A stretch of 64,000 nucleotides of DNA. Origin: a virus. The DNA lies in IMG/VR virus record IMGVR_UViG_3300045988_180190; one strand, written 5' to 3'. Of this stretch, positions 18,904 to 28,282 are shown piece after piece; within the stretch, counting starts at the first letter, position 1, and each line of letters begins with the position of its first letter. The translations under genes were made by a program, and so were the position numbers. The notes under the pieces were generated by a model. The model was not told where the DNA came from. It saw only the letters and a list, made by a program, of their open reading frames with translations, and searched no databases.

Positions 18904-20835
18904 TTATGATAATTTTTCTACAAGATTTATATTCTCCTTAGGAAGTATTACAGACAATGATCGAGCCCCAGCGCCATATAGTTGTAATTTATAATCTATC
19001 TCTTGTGGATCGAACGTAGTTAATTGCTGCTTTGTAGTAGTGCCTGTAAGCTGTACGCCCTTTGCATCCAAGTATGTTCCAGCACTGCCCAACATTAATG
19101 TAGACTGCATGCTTATATTTTGTACGCCAGTCGCTCCCATAGAAATCATTATATCAGAAATATATGCGTCTGAATAGCTAAGAGGGAATACTAAACTATT
19201 CATTAACTCATAAATCTTCTCAATTGCCGCCTGACGATCAAAAAATTTATTTGTTTCCTTCGTGTAGTTAACTGTAAAGTTTTGCACAAAGTAATAGTAA
19301 CAGGATTTCACCTCTGTAGATATCGCTGGGTCACAGGCTGGACTTGCCACAAAAGTAGCTAAAGATTCTACTATTGGATCATACTGATAGTCATACCGCA
19401 TCCAGATGTAGCTGTCTACTGTACCATCTTCGTTTTGCTCCTCAGTGACATAATCAGTAAGATCCATTTGTTTAAAGCTACTCGGGAACGTAAACTGTGT
19501 CCCTCCTTGCGTTGGAGAGAAATTAAATGCGGTATAAAAATTTTTATCTGAGAAATTATAGAATTGATAAGGTATGTCATCGGAAAGTGGAGGTGCAGAG
19601 CTACCTTCCGAGTAATCGGCTGTGGGTGGGAATGTAGAATTATAGCTTTTACGCACAATCGCTGGATTAAGTTGCACACTAAGAGTGGCTGCGTCTATTT
19701 CTGTAGAAGTGGAGAAAGCATCCTCCCCCTCTCCGGCAATATTTAAGTTTAAACTACATACAGGATAGTGATTTAATCGAATAAAGGTTAAATCAGAAAG
19801 CGAAGGTGATTTATTTAATATACTCGGTTTTGTAGTGCCATAAAATCGATTAAATCCTGCATTGGGTGATACATAGCATTTAAAATACTCTGAGCACGTA
19901 GGTAGAGTTGACATCCCTCTCGCCCAGATATCAATAGCTGGAGAAAATGCGTATAAAGGATTATTTTCTGTCCTTACCATTTCAGCATCTCCCACTTTTG
20001 TAGGAGACACACCCGTAATCCCGGGGTATTTTTGCTCCACAAACGATATAATATTATTTCTAGTAGCAAAATTTGCAGATGGCTGTATTTTTTGCGCAAT
20101 TGTAATTAATTCAGCAAGAGTGGTGGGTGTTGTATAAGGGGCTATATCATAAGTCGCCACTACAGATTCTACGTCATCAAAAAAAGATAAATGCTCATTA
20201 ATCCCAGCTTCATCACCTGCATTAACTTCTGCATTCGAAGGTCCGACTATCGGTATATCGACAAAATATAAATTTGGTTGAAAGTTATTTGAGGACTCCC
20301 CAACATTTACAGTATTGGATACAGACAAAAAGAAATAATTACTGCTTGTATCAACGTATCCAGTATACCCATAAGGATAAATTTTAATGCTTGCATTTTT
20401 AGGAGTTGCATAATTAAAGATATAATTGTCGTTAAACTGCAATAATTCACCTTTGTCCATTACATAGGGTTCCCTGCCAGTATTTCCAGGTCCATTGTAA
20501 ATAAAGGATAAACGCGCAACACCCGTGGTATTTGCATCTACAAGGCTATCAACACCCAGTCCCCTTAGAAATTCAGTGACAAAACCACAGTCACAAACTA
20601 CGCCATTAATAACATTTAATAAATCCATATCGGACAAAACACATTCTAGTGCTGTCTCGATCTGAGCCACAATCTTACCAAATCTTTCTATCAAGAATTT
20701 GCCCACTACGGAATTAGGGGAAAATCCGGTATCTGGAAATGATTGAATTAATAAGATGCGCATTCTATCTTCACATTCTTGTAGCTTCGTGGGAGATAGA
20801 GTATCTGAGGAGGATATATAGTCGGTTAAATTCAT
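18904..20835 (-). CDS. baseplate wedge protein, gp6/J-like by position (643 aa)
   Basis: Start moved to the ATG at 20835-20833 (MNLTDY), since the track start is GTG inside the upstream gene. A large ORF directly after a gp25-like gene is the usual position of baseplate J. No motif-level confirmation. Confidence 0.7.
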   Translation of the reverse strand: MNLTDYISSSDTLSPTKLQECEDRMRILLIQSFPDTGFSPNSVVGKFLIERFGKIVAQIETALECVLSDMDLLNVINGVVCDCGFVTEFLRGLGVDSLVDANTTGVARLSFIYNGPGNTGREPYVMDKGELLQFNDNYIFNYATPKNASIKIYPYGYTGYVDTSSNYFFLSVSNTVNVGESSNNFQPNLYFVDIPIVGPSNAEVNAGDEAGINEHLSFFDDVESVVATYDIAPYTTPTTLAELITIAQKIQPSANFATRNNIISFVEQKYPGITGVSPTKVGDAEMVRTENNPLYAFSPAIDIWARGMSTLPTCSEYFKCYVSPNAGFNRFYGTTKPSILNKSPSLSDLTFIRLNHYPVCSLNLNIAGEGEDAFSTSTEIDAATLSVQLNPAIVRKSYNSTFPPTADYSEGSSAPPLSDDIPYQFYNFSDKNFYTAFNFSPTQGGTQFTFPSSFKQMDLTDYVTEEQNEDGTVDSYIWMRYDYQYDPIVESLATFVASPACDPAISTEVKSCYYYFVQNFTVNYTKETNKFFDRQAAIEKIYELMNSLVFPLSYSDAYISDIMISMGATGVQNISMQSTLMLGSAGTYLDAKGVQLTGTTTKQQLTTFDPQEIDYKLQLYGAGARSLSVILPKENINLVEKLS

Positions 20836-20839
20836 AAAT

Positions 20840-21400
20840 TTAAAATTCTGTTGATAGTTCAATTTCACCTATTACCGTTTGGTCGTCAAACGTGAATTGC
20901 AAAGTTAATATAGCTTTATCGTAGGAAAATTTATAAGGTGTTACAACGATATTACTAATAGTATTTACGTAAGTAGTATTAGGTGTTACCGTTGAATCTA
21001 TTGTATCTTGTTGTGAGGAAAAGTAGTTAGCAAGAGCATTATTTAATGCTCCAATAGCTTGATTCTCAAAAAATTTAGTATCTGAACCTGCAAAATTACA
21101 AGTATGCGTAAGATAACTGGAATTCACTAATGCATAATTTAAGGTATCTTCCTGTAGGGTTGTGCCCTCATCCTCATTTAGAGGATTACTTCCCTGTCTC
21201 GTACCTATGTTTACCATGGAATCCTGAATAGTCGAGTCTTTTCCAGAATTTAAATTGTCGAAATCAAATGTTATATCTTCTGTCTTACCTGGTTCTACCG
21301 CACTAGCAAAATTTAATTTAACTCCCCTATTATATATTGGGGAGCTTGATTCTGCAGGGTTGGAAACATTACAAAGATACTTAAATTGTTGAGTTATCAT
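20840..21400 (-). CDS. gp25/GPW-like baseplate wedge protein (186 aa)
   Basis: Size, position and a loose match to the gp25 pattern (MVNIGTRQGSNPLNEDEGTT... and the C-terminal ILTLQFTFDDQTVIGEIEL beta-strands). The match is weak. Confidence 0.6.
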   Translation of the reverse strand: MITQQFKYLCNVSNPAESSSPIYNRGVKLNFASAVEPGKTEDITFDFDNLNSGKDSTIQDSMVNIGTRQGSNPLNEDEGTTLQEDTLNYALVNSSYLTHTCNFAGSDTKFFENQAIGALNNALANYFSSQQDTIDSTVTPNTTYVNTISNIVVTPYKFSYDKAILTLQFTFDDQTVIGEIELSTEF

Positions 21401-21405
21401 TACTG

Positions 21406-21732
21406 TCAGCTCTGGTTCATTTGGTTATTTAACATAGAAGTTGCTTGAAGTAAGTTGCTATTGTACAGTTTTTTATCAAGAGCAGAAGCATATAGCAATT
21501 TTCTTGAAGCATATCTGCTGATCGCATCTCGTTTTAGTGCAAAAGCAAATTGGTACTCTATCGCGTCTTTCGATTGTTCTGCCTCAGAGGCTTGGGACCT
21601 TAAGCTTCCCAATGTACTCATTATATTTCCATTATTTCCGGATACGAGTTCACTGAATGACTTATAAGATTTTCCTTGTATAAAATCCGTTACATTGCTT
21701 ATGGTTTTCGAAGCTAAGTCATTAATTGTCAT
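21406..21732 (-). CDS. hypothetical protein (108 aa), translationally coupled to the sigma factor gene
   Basis: ATG at 21732-21730 overlaps the TGA at 21731-21729 of the sigma gene (ATGA). Looks helical. Confidence 0.7.
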   Translation of the reverse strand: MTINDLASKTISNVTDFIQGKSYKSFSELVSGNNGNIMSTLGSLRSQASEAEQSKDAIEYQFAFALKRDAISRYASRKLLYASALDKKLYNSNLLQATSMLNNQMNQS

Positions 21733-22667
21733 GAGGCATATACCTCCTCTAAAGTTTGTGACATTTGATTTAAATCCTTGGCAAAACGATTAGCTAATCG
21801 AGAAATTGTAGGCAGGGAAACGTTATATTTCTGAGAAATTTGTTGAGGGGATAATACTTTAGCACCCCCAAATCCAGTCAAGTGTTCGAATACTTTTTTT
21901 TGCTTATGGTCTAGGTCATTATAGACATATAACTGAGCTTCATTTACAAAATCAGGTGCTTGTGCTGCGGTTTCATCCACAGCACCCTGAGATTCATCTT
22001 CAGCGTCTGCGGAAGTAAACATCTGATTTTCACTCACTTGTTTTACAGACTTATTGCGTATATCTACCAACTTTTTCAAAGATACCCCTGCGGCATCGGA
22101 AAGTTCAGTTAAGTCTGGATCTCTGCCATGCTTATCTATAAATTCTTGCTCTGCCTGATTTATAGCTTGAGCTTCGTAAATGTATCTCTCTGGTATTTTT
22201 ATAGGATTACGTAGGTCACGAGCAACTCGTGTCATTTTTCTTAATTGCGATGACACATATGTAGGAAGATTAACATTGTATCCGGGATCAAACTCTTTTA
22301 TTGCCTTTGCGGCTATAAGTTTAGCTTTTGATTCAAGCAGGGGATCCCCTATAGCATTGTTAGACGCAAGTGAATAATTAATAGTATCTTTCAGGCTGTG
22401 TAAAACTTGAGATAACGCTTTTTTGTTTGGATTGGATTTATAAATCCGGTAAGCTTCCCCATAAGTTAATTTTGAATTATCGTTAACAAACGACTCAGGA
22501 TCTTTATCCATGTAAGAAATAAAATCCATATTATCATTTAGGTCCTCATCGACCACTTTTATAGAGTCAAATGAGTCATTCTCTTTAGATTTTTTAGAAT
22601 CCAAAGTAGGAAATGGTGATAATATGGACATGGTAGATTGCGGAGTATCTGTTGATAATTTAGTCAT
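21729..22667 (-). CDS. sigma-70 family RNA polymerase sigma factor (312 aa)
   Basis: Region 2 (LIAAKAIKEFDPGYNVNLPTYVSSQLRKMTRVARD), region 2.4/3 (NPIKIPERYIYEAQAINQAEQEFIDKHGRDPDLTELSDAAGVS) and a region-4 HTH (LSPQQISQKYNVSLPTISRLANRFAKDL), in canonical order. Confidence 0.8.
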   Translation of the reverse strand: MTKLSTDTPQSTMSILSPFPTLDSKKSKENDSFDSIKVVDEDLNDNMDFISYMDKDPESFVNDNSKLTYGEAYRIYKSNPNKKALSQVLHSLKDTINYSLASNNAIGDPLLESKAKLIAAKAIKEFDPGYNVNLPTYVSSQLRKMTRVARDLRNPIKIPERYIYEAQAINQAEQEFIDKHGRDPDLTELSDAAGVSLKKLVDIRNKSVKQVSENQMFTSADAEDESQGAVDETAAQAPDFVNEAQLYVYNDLDHKQKKVFEHLTGFGGAKVLSPQQISQKYNVSLPTISRLANRFAKDLNQMSQTLEEVYAS

Positions 22668-22682
22668 GAGTAATTTAACTGT

Positions 22683-22713
22683 ATACTACACAATGCTACT
22701 AAATAGAAGTCAA
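22683..22713 (-). promoter_or_regulatory. candidate sigma-70-type promoter upstream of the sigma factor gene
   Basis: On the minus strand: TTGACT (22713-22708), a 19-nt spacer, then TAGTAT (22688-22683), about 15 nt before the ATG. The spacer is long, so this is tentative. Confidence 0.25.
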
Positions 22714-22728
22714 GAAAAATATCAAGCC

Positions 22729-22959
22729 TTATCCCCCACAGCACTTACGGGAAGAAGAAGACCATTTTCTACGATGAGTAACTGCGGGTTTTGATTTAAA
22801 CGCCGCAGGAGACTTGGGCTTAGACATTAATGTTTTAGCTTCCACTGGGGTTGTTGTAGTGCCATTGTATATAGCTTCTCTTAAATCGAAAGGTACAAAC
22901 GCACCGGTGGGAACATTAAAAACTACTTTTGGTGCATATTTTTGGTTTTTATTAGACAT
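22729..22959 (-). CDS. hypothetical small basic protein (76 aa) ending RKCCGG
   Basis: ATG at 22959-22957 overlaps the end of the upstream gene by 8 nt. Confidence 0.6.
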   Translation of the reverse strand: MSNKNQKYAPKVVFNVPTGAFVPFDLREAIYNGTTTTPVEAKTLMSKPKSPAAFKSKPAVTHRRKWSSSSRKCCGG

Positions 22960-23626
22960 GACTAGGATGTTTTAAAATTTCTTGAAGCTTTGCAACTATA
23001 ATATTATTATATTTTCTTCTTATAGTAAACTTAGAACAAGATTTACAAACTTTATCATTGCGGATTTCTGAAAAATATTTGGATAAAATATCAGACGCCT
23101 CTTTGGTTTTAATATTTATTTCAGGCGGGTAGTTTATTAGTCCAAGATTAATACAATTTACTAATATATTAAGTAAGTCTATAAATAGGTCTACCCTGTC
23201 TTTAGGATAAAAGTATGGTAACATTTTAAACAAAATCTTACGATTTACATTACCCAAAACACAACTCGGACATACTCCTTGATCTGGATGAGTATTCAAC
23301 CACTCTTTTTGCTCTTTGACTTTTAGTTCAGGTAGATCTTTTAAGATAATATGCCGCAATCCTTCTGAATAATTAACAAGTTCCTGCTCTGAAGATATCA
23401 TTAACTTGAACATATCCTTATAAACAAGAGGCACTAACTCAGGGGGAATTGAATCTATTGGTTTGAGTACTACGGGATTACTTGAATCGATACGTAATCC
23501 CTTGCTAGATATAATTTTTTCCTTTAGAGCCTCATCGTCTACCAAGATATTAAGTTCACCATTTACTATAACTACAGAAAAGTTTAAATCTTCTTTTGTT
23601 GATTTTAACTTAACACTTAGTTGCAT
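22952..23626 (-). CDS. hypothetical protein (224 aa) with two CxxC-x6-RK(Y/I) motifs
   Basis: GVCPSCVLGNVNRKILF and KVCKSCSKFTIRRKYNN. Paralogous in layout and C-terminal motif to 24091-24711. Confidence 0.7.
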   Translation of the reverse strand: MQLSVKLKSTKEDLNFSVVIVNGELNILVDDEALKEKIISSKGLRIDSSNPVVLKPIDSIPPELVPLVYKDMFKLMISSEQELVNYSEGLRHIILKDLPELKVKEQKEWLNTHPDQGVCPSCVLGNVNRKILFKMLPYFYPKDRVDLFIDLLNILVNCINLGLINYPPEINIKTKEASDILSKYFSEIRNDKVCKSCSKFTIRRKYNNIIVAKLQEILKHPSHV

Positions 23627-23627
23627 A

Positions 23628-24089
23628 CTATTCCCCTTGCCTTTGAATCCGTTCTACTATGTTAAAAATCAAGTGTACCAGAATTGGTTGAGAGGCCACA
23701 AATGCTATCAATACAGGAATATAAAGTATGTACCCAGTTAGTATAAAGGCACATAGATTGACCCAAAAAACAATATGATAACATAAACAAAATCTACATG
23801 TTACCAATTCACCCCAAAAATTACCTAGCCTAGCCTGTGCCCAACCCTGAGTTGTGTCGCTCCCTTCCCAATCTTCCACACTCCAGGTTAATGGAGATCT
23901 CGCGGGATGAGATTCCCCCAAAAGCTCTACATCAGAGGGTGGCATCCAGAAAGTATTATCCATTTGCTTTATACCGATCCATTTTGCAAATGCACAAATT
24001 AATGTTGGCAAACTACTTTTAAACCAAGTAAATAATAATGAAGCAGATGCTAACAATGTTATAGCATAAAGAAATATTATATCCTTCAT
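23628..24089 (-). CDS. integral membrane protein (153 aa)
   Basis: Three to four hydrophobic helices (IIFLYAITLLASASLLF; CYHIVFWVNLCAFILTGYILYIPVLIAFV) with a CRFCLC motif at a helix start. Confidence 0.7.
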   Translation of the reverse strand: MKDIIFLYAITLLASASLLFTWFKSSLPTLICAFAKWIGIKQMDNTFWMPPSDVELLGESHPARSPLTWSVEDWEGSDTTQGWAQARLGNFWGELVTCRFCLCYHIVFWVNLCAFILTGYILYIPVLIAFVASQPILVHLIFNIVERIQRQGE

Positions 24090-24090
24090 T

Positions 24091-24711
24091 TTAGACCTCC
24101 AATTTTTCTATTAAACTTAAATATTTACGTTTTATGCTATTTAAAGCACACGTTGTGCAACCCTTGCCACGCTTTGCATTTGCCTGTTCATCCAGCATCA
24201 TTTTTGCTAAAGTTTTTGATTTCTCATAAAATAAATTATTAGATATTTCTTCTGCACTTTCAATTTTTGCAAAATTTAAAATATCGAGAATTTTCCGTGC
24301 ATAAGGCTCACCGTCTTTTGAGTTTAAAATAAATTCCCTGCAAATATCCGAGTAAATACGGTCTATTGCGAACTTTCTATCCAAGTTTAAAGTTTTTAAT
24401 TCTTGTTTGGTTTTTAAGATTTCCGACAAATCAATTTTTTTTAATAAATCCGGAAGACAGCTTAAATTCGAATTATCAAATAACCATTCTGTTACTGTTA
24501 AAATAGCATTATTTAAGAGTTTGGGTAATATGGTATCAAACTTAAAATTAAATAACAGGTTGTTTTTTGATAAGTCTTCTAGCGTATACCATTTAGAATC
24601 TAAAGGCTTTTGGCTTTCGTTATCAAAAAGATAAATATTTAATGTGTCTCCTTTAAATACAACCTCTGATGGATTTATTTCTTTGTTGTTTAAATATATT
24701 TGCAATTTCAT
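24091..24711 (-). CDS. hypothetical protein (206 aa), paralog of 22952-23626
   Basis: Start moved to the ATG at 24711-24709, which overlaps the upstream TGA (ATGA). C-terminal KGCTTCALNSIKRKYLSLIEKL matches the CxxC-x6-RKY motif. Confidence 0.7.
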   Translation of the reverse strand: MKLQIYLNNKEINPSEVVFKGDTLNIYLFDNESQKPLDSKWYTLEDLSKNNLLFNFKFDTILPKLLNNAILTVTEWLFDNSNLSCLPDLLKKIDLSEILKTKQELKTLNLDRKFAIDRIYSDICREFILNSKDGEPYARKILDILNFAKIESAEEISNNLFYEKSKTLAKMMLDEQANAKRGKGCTTCALNSIKRKYLSLIEKLEV

Positions 24712-25457
24712 TTTACAAACGGGGGTTCCGAGCAATAAGCTATCCGTGATTGTAAATCCGACAGCAATTTACTCCTTTGTTCTATTTTAAGGTTAATTAA
24801 AAATAATAAAGTAAACAAAAGCAAGATTTTTTCCGACTTAGGAGCTTGTTTACTATTATTCAAAATCGGTATAAATGACAATAAGTCTAAAATTGTAGTA
24901 TTTAACAAACACTGATGTATATCCCCGAACGCAAGTGCTATTTCCGCTATATCATTTGGGGAAATCTCCTGCCAATCCGTTGCAAGATTTCCAATGACAT
25001 TCGATGTATCGTATACATACTTCAATTCTTTATCTTTTAACAAATCAGCCGTGTTTGATGCAATTGCAGATAACTGGCTGGTAAAGGTTAAAAGTTTTAA
25101 CTGAGATATAAACTTTTTATATTTATTTTGAAAATATTCTGCAGTTTCCCTTGATATGGGTAACTTAATACATTGAAACGTATATGGAAGCAAAAGCTTT
25201 AGGGTAAAACATGAAAAATTTATTTTTCTCTTATTGTTGTCAAACAATATATTGATTATATTGTCCGGAAACAATGTCGTGACCAATTCTCTTTCAGTTT
25301 TTATATATGTGGGATATCCATCTGTAACAGCTTGAAATTTTTTCCAAATCTCTTCGATGTTTGTATTAGGAAAACTAATCATCAAAGACTCCGGTAAATT
25401 AACAGGTCGTAATTTTGCAATATAAGAAATAGGTGTAGGTATTTTAAAGCTAAACAT
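24708..25457 (-). CDS. hypothetical protein (249 aa)
   Basis: Start moved to the ATG at 25457-25455 (MFSFKIP), 1 nt after the upstream stop. Confidence 0.65.
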   Translation of the reverse strand: MFSFKIPTPISYIAKLRPVNLPESLMISFPNTNIEEIWKKFQAVTDGYPTYIKTERELVTTLFPDNIINILFDNNKRKINFSCFTLKLLLPYTFQCIKLPISRETAEYFQNKYKKFISQLKLLTFTSQLSAIASNTADLLKDKELKYVYDTSNVIGNLATDWQEISPNDIAEIALAFGDIHQCLLNTTILDLLSFIPILNNSKQAPKSEKILLLFTLLFLINLKIEQRSKLLSDLQSRIAYCSEPPFVK

Positions 25458-25458
25458 T

Positions 25459-28275
25459 TTAAGAGTAATCTCCAGATATTTGATATTGTACATCGCACTG
25501 TCCCCCGCCATAATCCACACCACATTCTCCGGGCATGGTGGAGCCGTCGGGGAATGTTACTGTCATACCCCTAGTAATGGTTTTTGTAGTACTAAAGGTC
25601 AGACTTGGAATATTATTTTGAGCGGGCAATGTCCATGTTGAAGTATCACCTGCCGATCCGGTCTCCGCTCCGGACCAATTCGGTTCCAGGTCTTCGTTCA
25701 ACACAGGGGTGGTTGTTTGTCCGTGATTATAAGTTAACGCACGTTGGCTTTGTCCATTTAAGGTTATCATGGAATTTGAGTAATACACTGAACCTCCTGA
25801 AGTTGTACATCTTATGTATATTTGGGTGGTGTCGGGATTATACCCAATTCCTGATAATCCCTGCTCGCAATAATCCGAACATGGCCTACTTCCCGTAAGA
25901 GTCCGTAAATTGTACGACTTAATGGGAAGACGCGTACCGGCGTCAACCCATTCCACCTGGGCGCAGGGGGTGTAACGAAAATCATATTCATTTTCCCACG
26001 TAATACGAATACCATCTTGAACAGGTCTTTTACCACTTACAATAACGGTTTTGTAACTTAAGCCATATGGAACCGATTGGCCTCCGCCGCCTCCGCCGCC
26101 TCCTGGCTTATTGTTATTGCTTCCACCGGAACCTGTAAGATCGGTTATTTTATCATCTTCAAGATTAGGGTTACCCGTAATCGTACCGTCGTACCATTCG
26201 CTGGATGACAAAGCTTGCTGTAATTCTTCTTTCCATTTTCCAAGCAGAAACGGCACTCGTTTAGTCGCACCATAATCCCCGCCGGTATTTTCCGTATAAC
26301 CTACACATTCTTCCGAATCTTGAAAAAACTCTTTAGCAGGTTCATAAAAAGAGTCTTGCTGAATTTGCAGTCGGCAATAATTGGAAGGCGTTACAGTCGT
26401 AACTGTGCAGGGCGTATAGGAATAAGATGGCTCACCCGCACCACAAACACACCCTGCAATAGGATCATAGACGCACCCACGCGCCGGAATGGAAATTTCC
26501 CCGCAACAATCCGCTAACTCCGATGACGCTACGGTCGGTTGACAGGTCTGTCCATTTGGGGCGTTGCACTGCGCTTGAATATCTAGAGTGGCTAAGTTTC
26601 TGGCGAAAACGATGCCCGCAAAATCATCATTATACATGCCTCCCGGATAAGAATATCCATTGCAAACGCTGACATTTGCTGACTCACAATTCATTAAAGC
26701 GTTTTTTACGGCAGGCTGTTTGATAAATTCGTCCGGAATATCCGTGTTAGGAAAAGTAGTGGGATCATCCATATCCACAACGCAAAAATATGCGGTTGAT
26801 GAATCTTCATAATAAACATTACAGCCTGCAAAGTTTGGATCGTCGGGCACTTCGCTTTCCGGAAGTTCTTCCTTCAAAGCCTCCCAGCACTCTTGAATAG
26901 CGTCAAATAAAGCACCGCTAACGATTAGATTGTCACGCATTACGGGAGAATTTAATAAAAACTGTGCATAAGAAGGGCGTATTACAACTAAAGTTTTTAA
27001 ATCTCCCGAAGGATCAGTCCAATTAGGTATAGAAAACATGCTATGCTTGGACCAGAGTTCGTCATCCTTCCAAATGACATCTCCTGATGGTGATGTATAT
27101 GTATTGATATCCTCGCAACATATATCCGTTGCTTCCGCACTCTCCTGCCACAAGGAACACAAAGCCGGTTCCACAACTTTGTAAACGTCGCTATCAGAGT
27201 CGGGAGACAACGTAGCTAAAACATTATAGTGCCATTGAAACACTTCGTTAAACGCCGCCAAGTCACGTTGAGACGGACCGAACGTTACCGTCATCGAGGT
27301 GTCAAATCTGTAAACGCAACAATCAAATACAATAGGACCGCTATCAGGATCATCTGGATTAACGGCGGTTGTACAAAAAATATCTGATACGCAAGGTTGT
27401 CCATTAGTCTGGTTAATATTATTTTCTATTGAAGTTATATCTTTAAAAGCTTCCGCCAATTTTTTTTGGGCTTCATCAGTGGATCTTCCAAGCCGTGCAA
27501 ATGCTGCAGCCGTAATAGCCGAAAGCGCGTTGCCAGAAGGTCTGCCGTTTGAATCTTTATCACGACTGAGACTAATTGAGTTGCCTCTCATTGGGAAGTT
27601 TTGATCATGCGTAGTTCCGGGCATTTTTACGGGAAACCAATAAGCAGGCAAATCATTGTAAAACGGCATATTACTAAAACTATTACCTGGATGAGATACT
27701 TCTGTCCAACTTCCTTGATCGTTTTCCTCCGTCAGCATCCAAAAACAATTTAAATCGGCATTACTTCTTATGGTCCGTCGCAAAACCTCATCCTTAGTAT
27801 ATGTTGTAAATGTTGTTTCGCCCGTTTCGCTATCTATGACCGCTTCCGGTTGTTGAATTGTGATCGTTGCGCATTGACACCCAGTATCCCCTGGAGTAAA
27901 TGTGATTCCATTACAATAATATAAGATATTTTGTAAAGTCTCTCCCAAGGTGCCGCTTATTCGTACTGGTACAGTTCCCTCCCATGTGCTCCCCGGTGTG
28001 AATTGTAACGAAGATAAAGCCTCATCGGAAATGCCCAGAAAAGTTTCACCGGTGTCCACCTGACTTAACACATAAACCCTTCCCACACTGTCGGAAGCCA
28101 TGGGGATGGTGATGGGATTAATTATCGTTTTCTTCCTGATAACCTGAAACGCAGGGGAACGGTTTAAGACAGTAACTTGAGAAATCTCCCCTTCTTCTGG
28201 CAAGTTAACATCAGAGTTAAACAGCCCAATGTCCGTAATTCTTTGAATATAATCTTCCCAACTTATGCAAGCCAT
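25459..28275 (-). CDS. very large Cys-rich structural protein (938 aa)
   Basis: Start moved to the ATG at 28275-28273 (MACISWEDY), 7 nt after the upstream stop. Many paired cysteines (ADCCGEISIPARGCVYDPIAGCVCGAG..., FDCCVY, DICCEDI) and a G7 linker. Confidence 0.75.
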   Translation of the reverse strand: MACISWEDYIQRITDIGLFNSDVNLPEEGEISQVTVLNRSPAFQVIRKKTIINPITIPMASDSVGRVYVLSQVDTGETFLGISDEALSSLQFTPGSTWEGTVPVRISGTLGETLQNILYYCNGITFTPGDTGCQCATITIQQPEAVIDSETGETTFTTYTKDEVLRRTIRSNADLNCFWMLTEENDQGSWTEVSHPGNSFSNMPFYNDLPAYWFPVKMPGTTHDQNFPMRGNSISLSRDKDSNGRPSGNALSAITAAAFARLGRSTDEAQKKLAEAFKDITSIENNINQTNGQPCVSDIFCTTAVNPDDPDSGPIVFDCCVYRFDTSMTVTFGPSQRDLAAFNEVFQWHYNVLATLSPDSDSDVYKVVEPALCSLWQESAEATDICCEDINTYTSPSGDVIWKDDELWSKHSMFSIPNWTDPSGDLKTLVVIRPSYAQFLLNSPVMRDNLIVSGALFDAIQECWEALKEELPESEVPDDPNFAGCNVYYEDSSTAYFCVVDMDDPTTFPNTDIPDEFIKQPAVKNALMNCESANVSVCNGYSYPGGMYNDDFAGIVFARNLATLDIQAQCNAPNGQTCQPTVASSELADCCGEISIPARGCVYDPIAGCVCGAGEPSYSYTPCTVTTVTPSNYCRLQIQQDSFYEPAKEFFQDSEECVGYTENTGGDYGATKRVPFLLGKWKEELQQALSSSEWYDGTITGNPNLEDDKITDLTGSGGSNNNKPGGGGGGGGQSVPYGLSYKTVIVSGKRPVQDGIRITWENEYDFRYTPCAQVEWVDAGTRLPIKSYNLRTLTGSRPCSDYCEQGLSGIGYNPDTTQIYIRCTTSGGSVYYSNSMITLNGQSQRALTYNHGQTTTPVLNEDLEPNWSGAETGSAGDTSTWTLPAQNNIPSLTFSTTKTITRGMTVTFPDGSTMPGECGVDYGGGQCDVQYQISGDYS

Positions 28276-28282
28276 ATTCCAA

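Noticed and set aside
26081-26103. CCTCCGCCG-type simple repeats (also 14821-14837)
   Set aside because: They encode poly-Gly linkers (G7, G6) within long ORFs, and nothing suggests a regulatory or mobile function.
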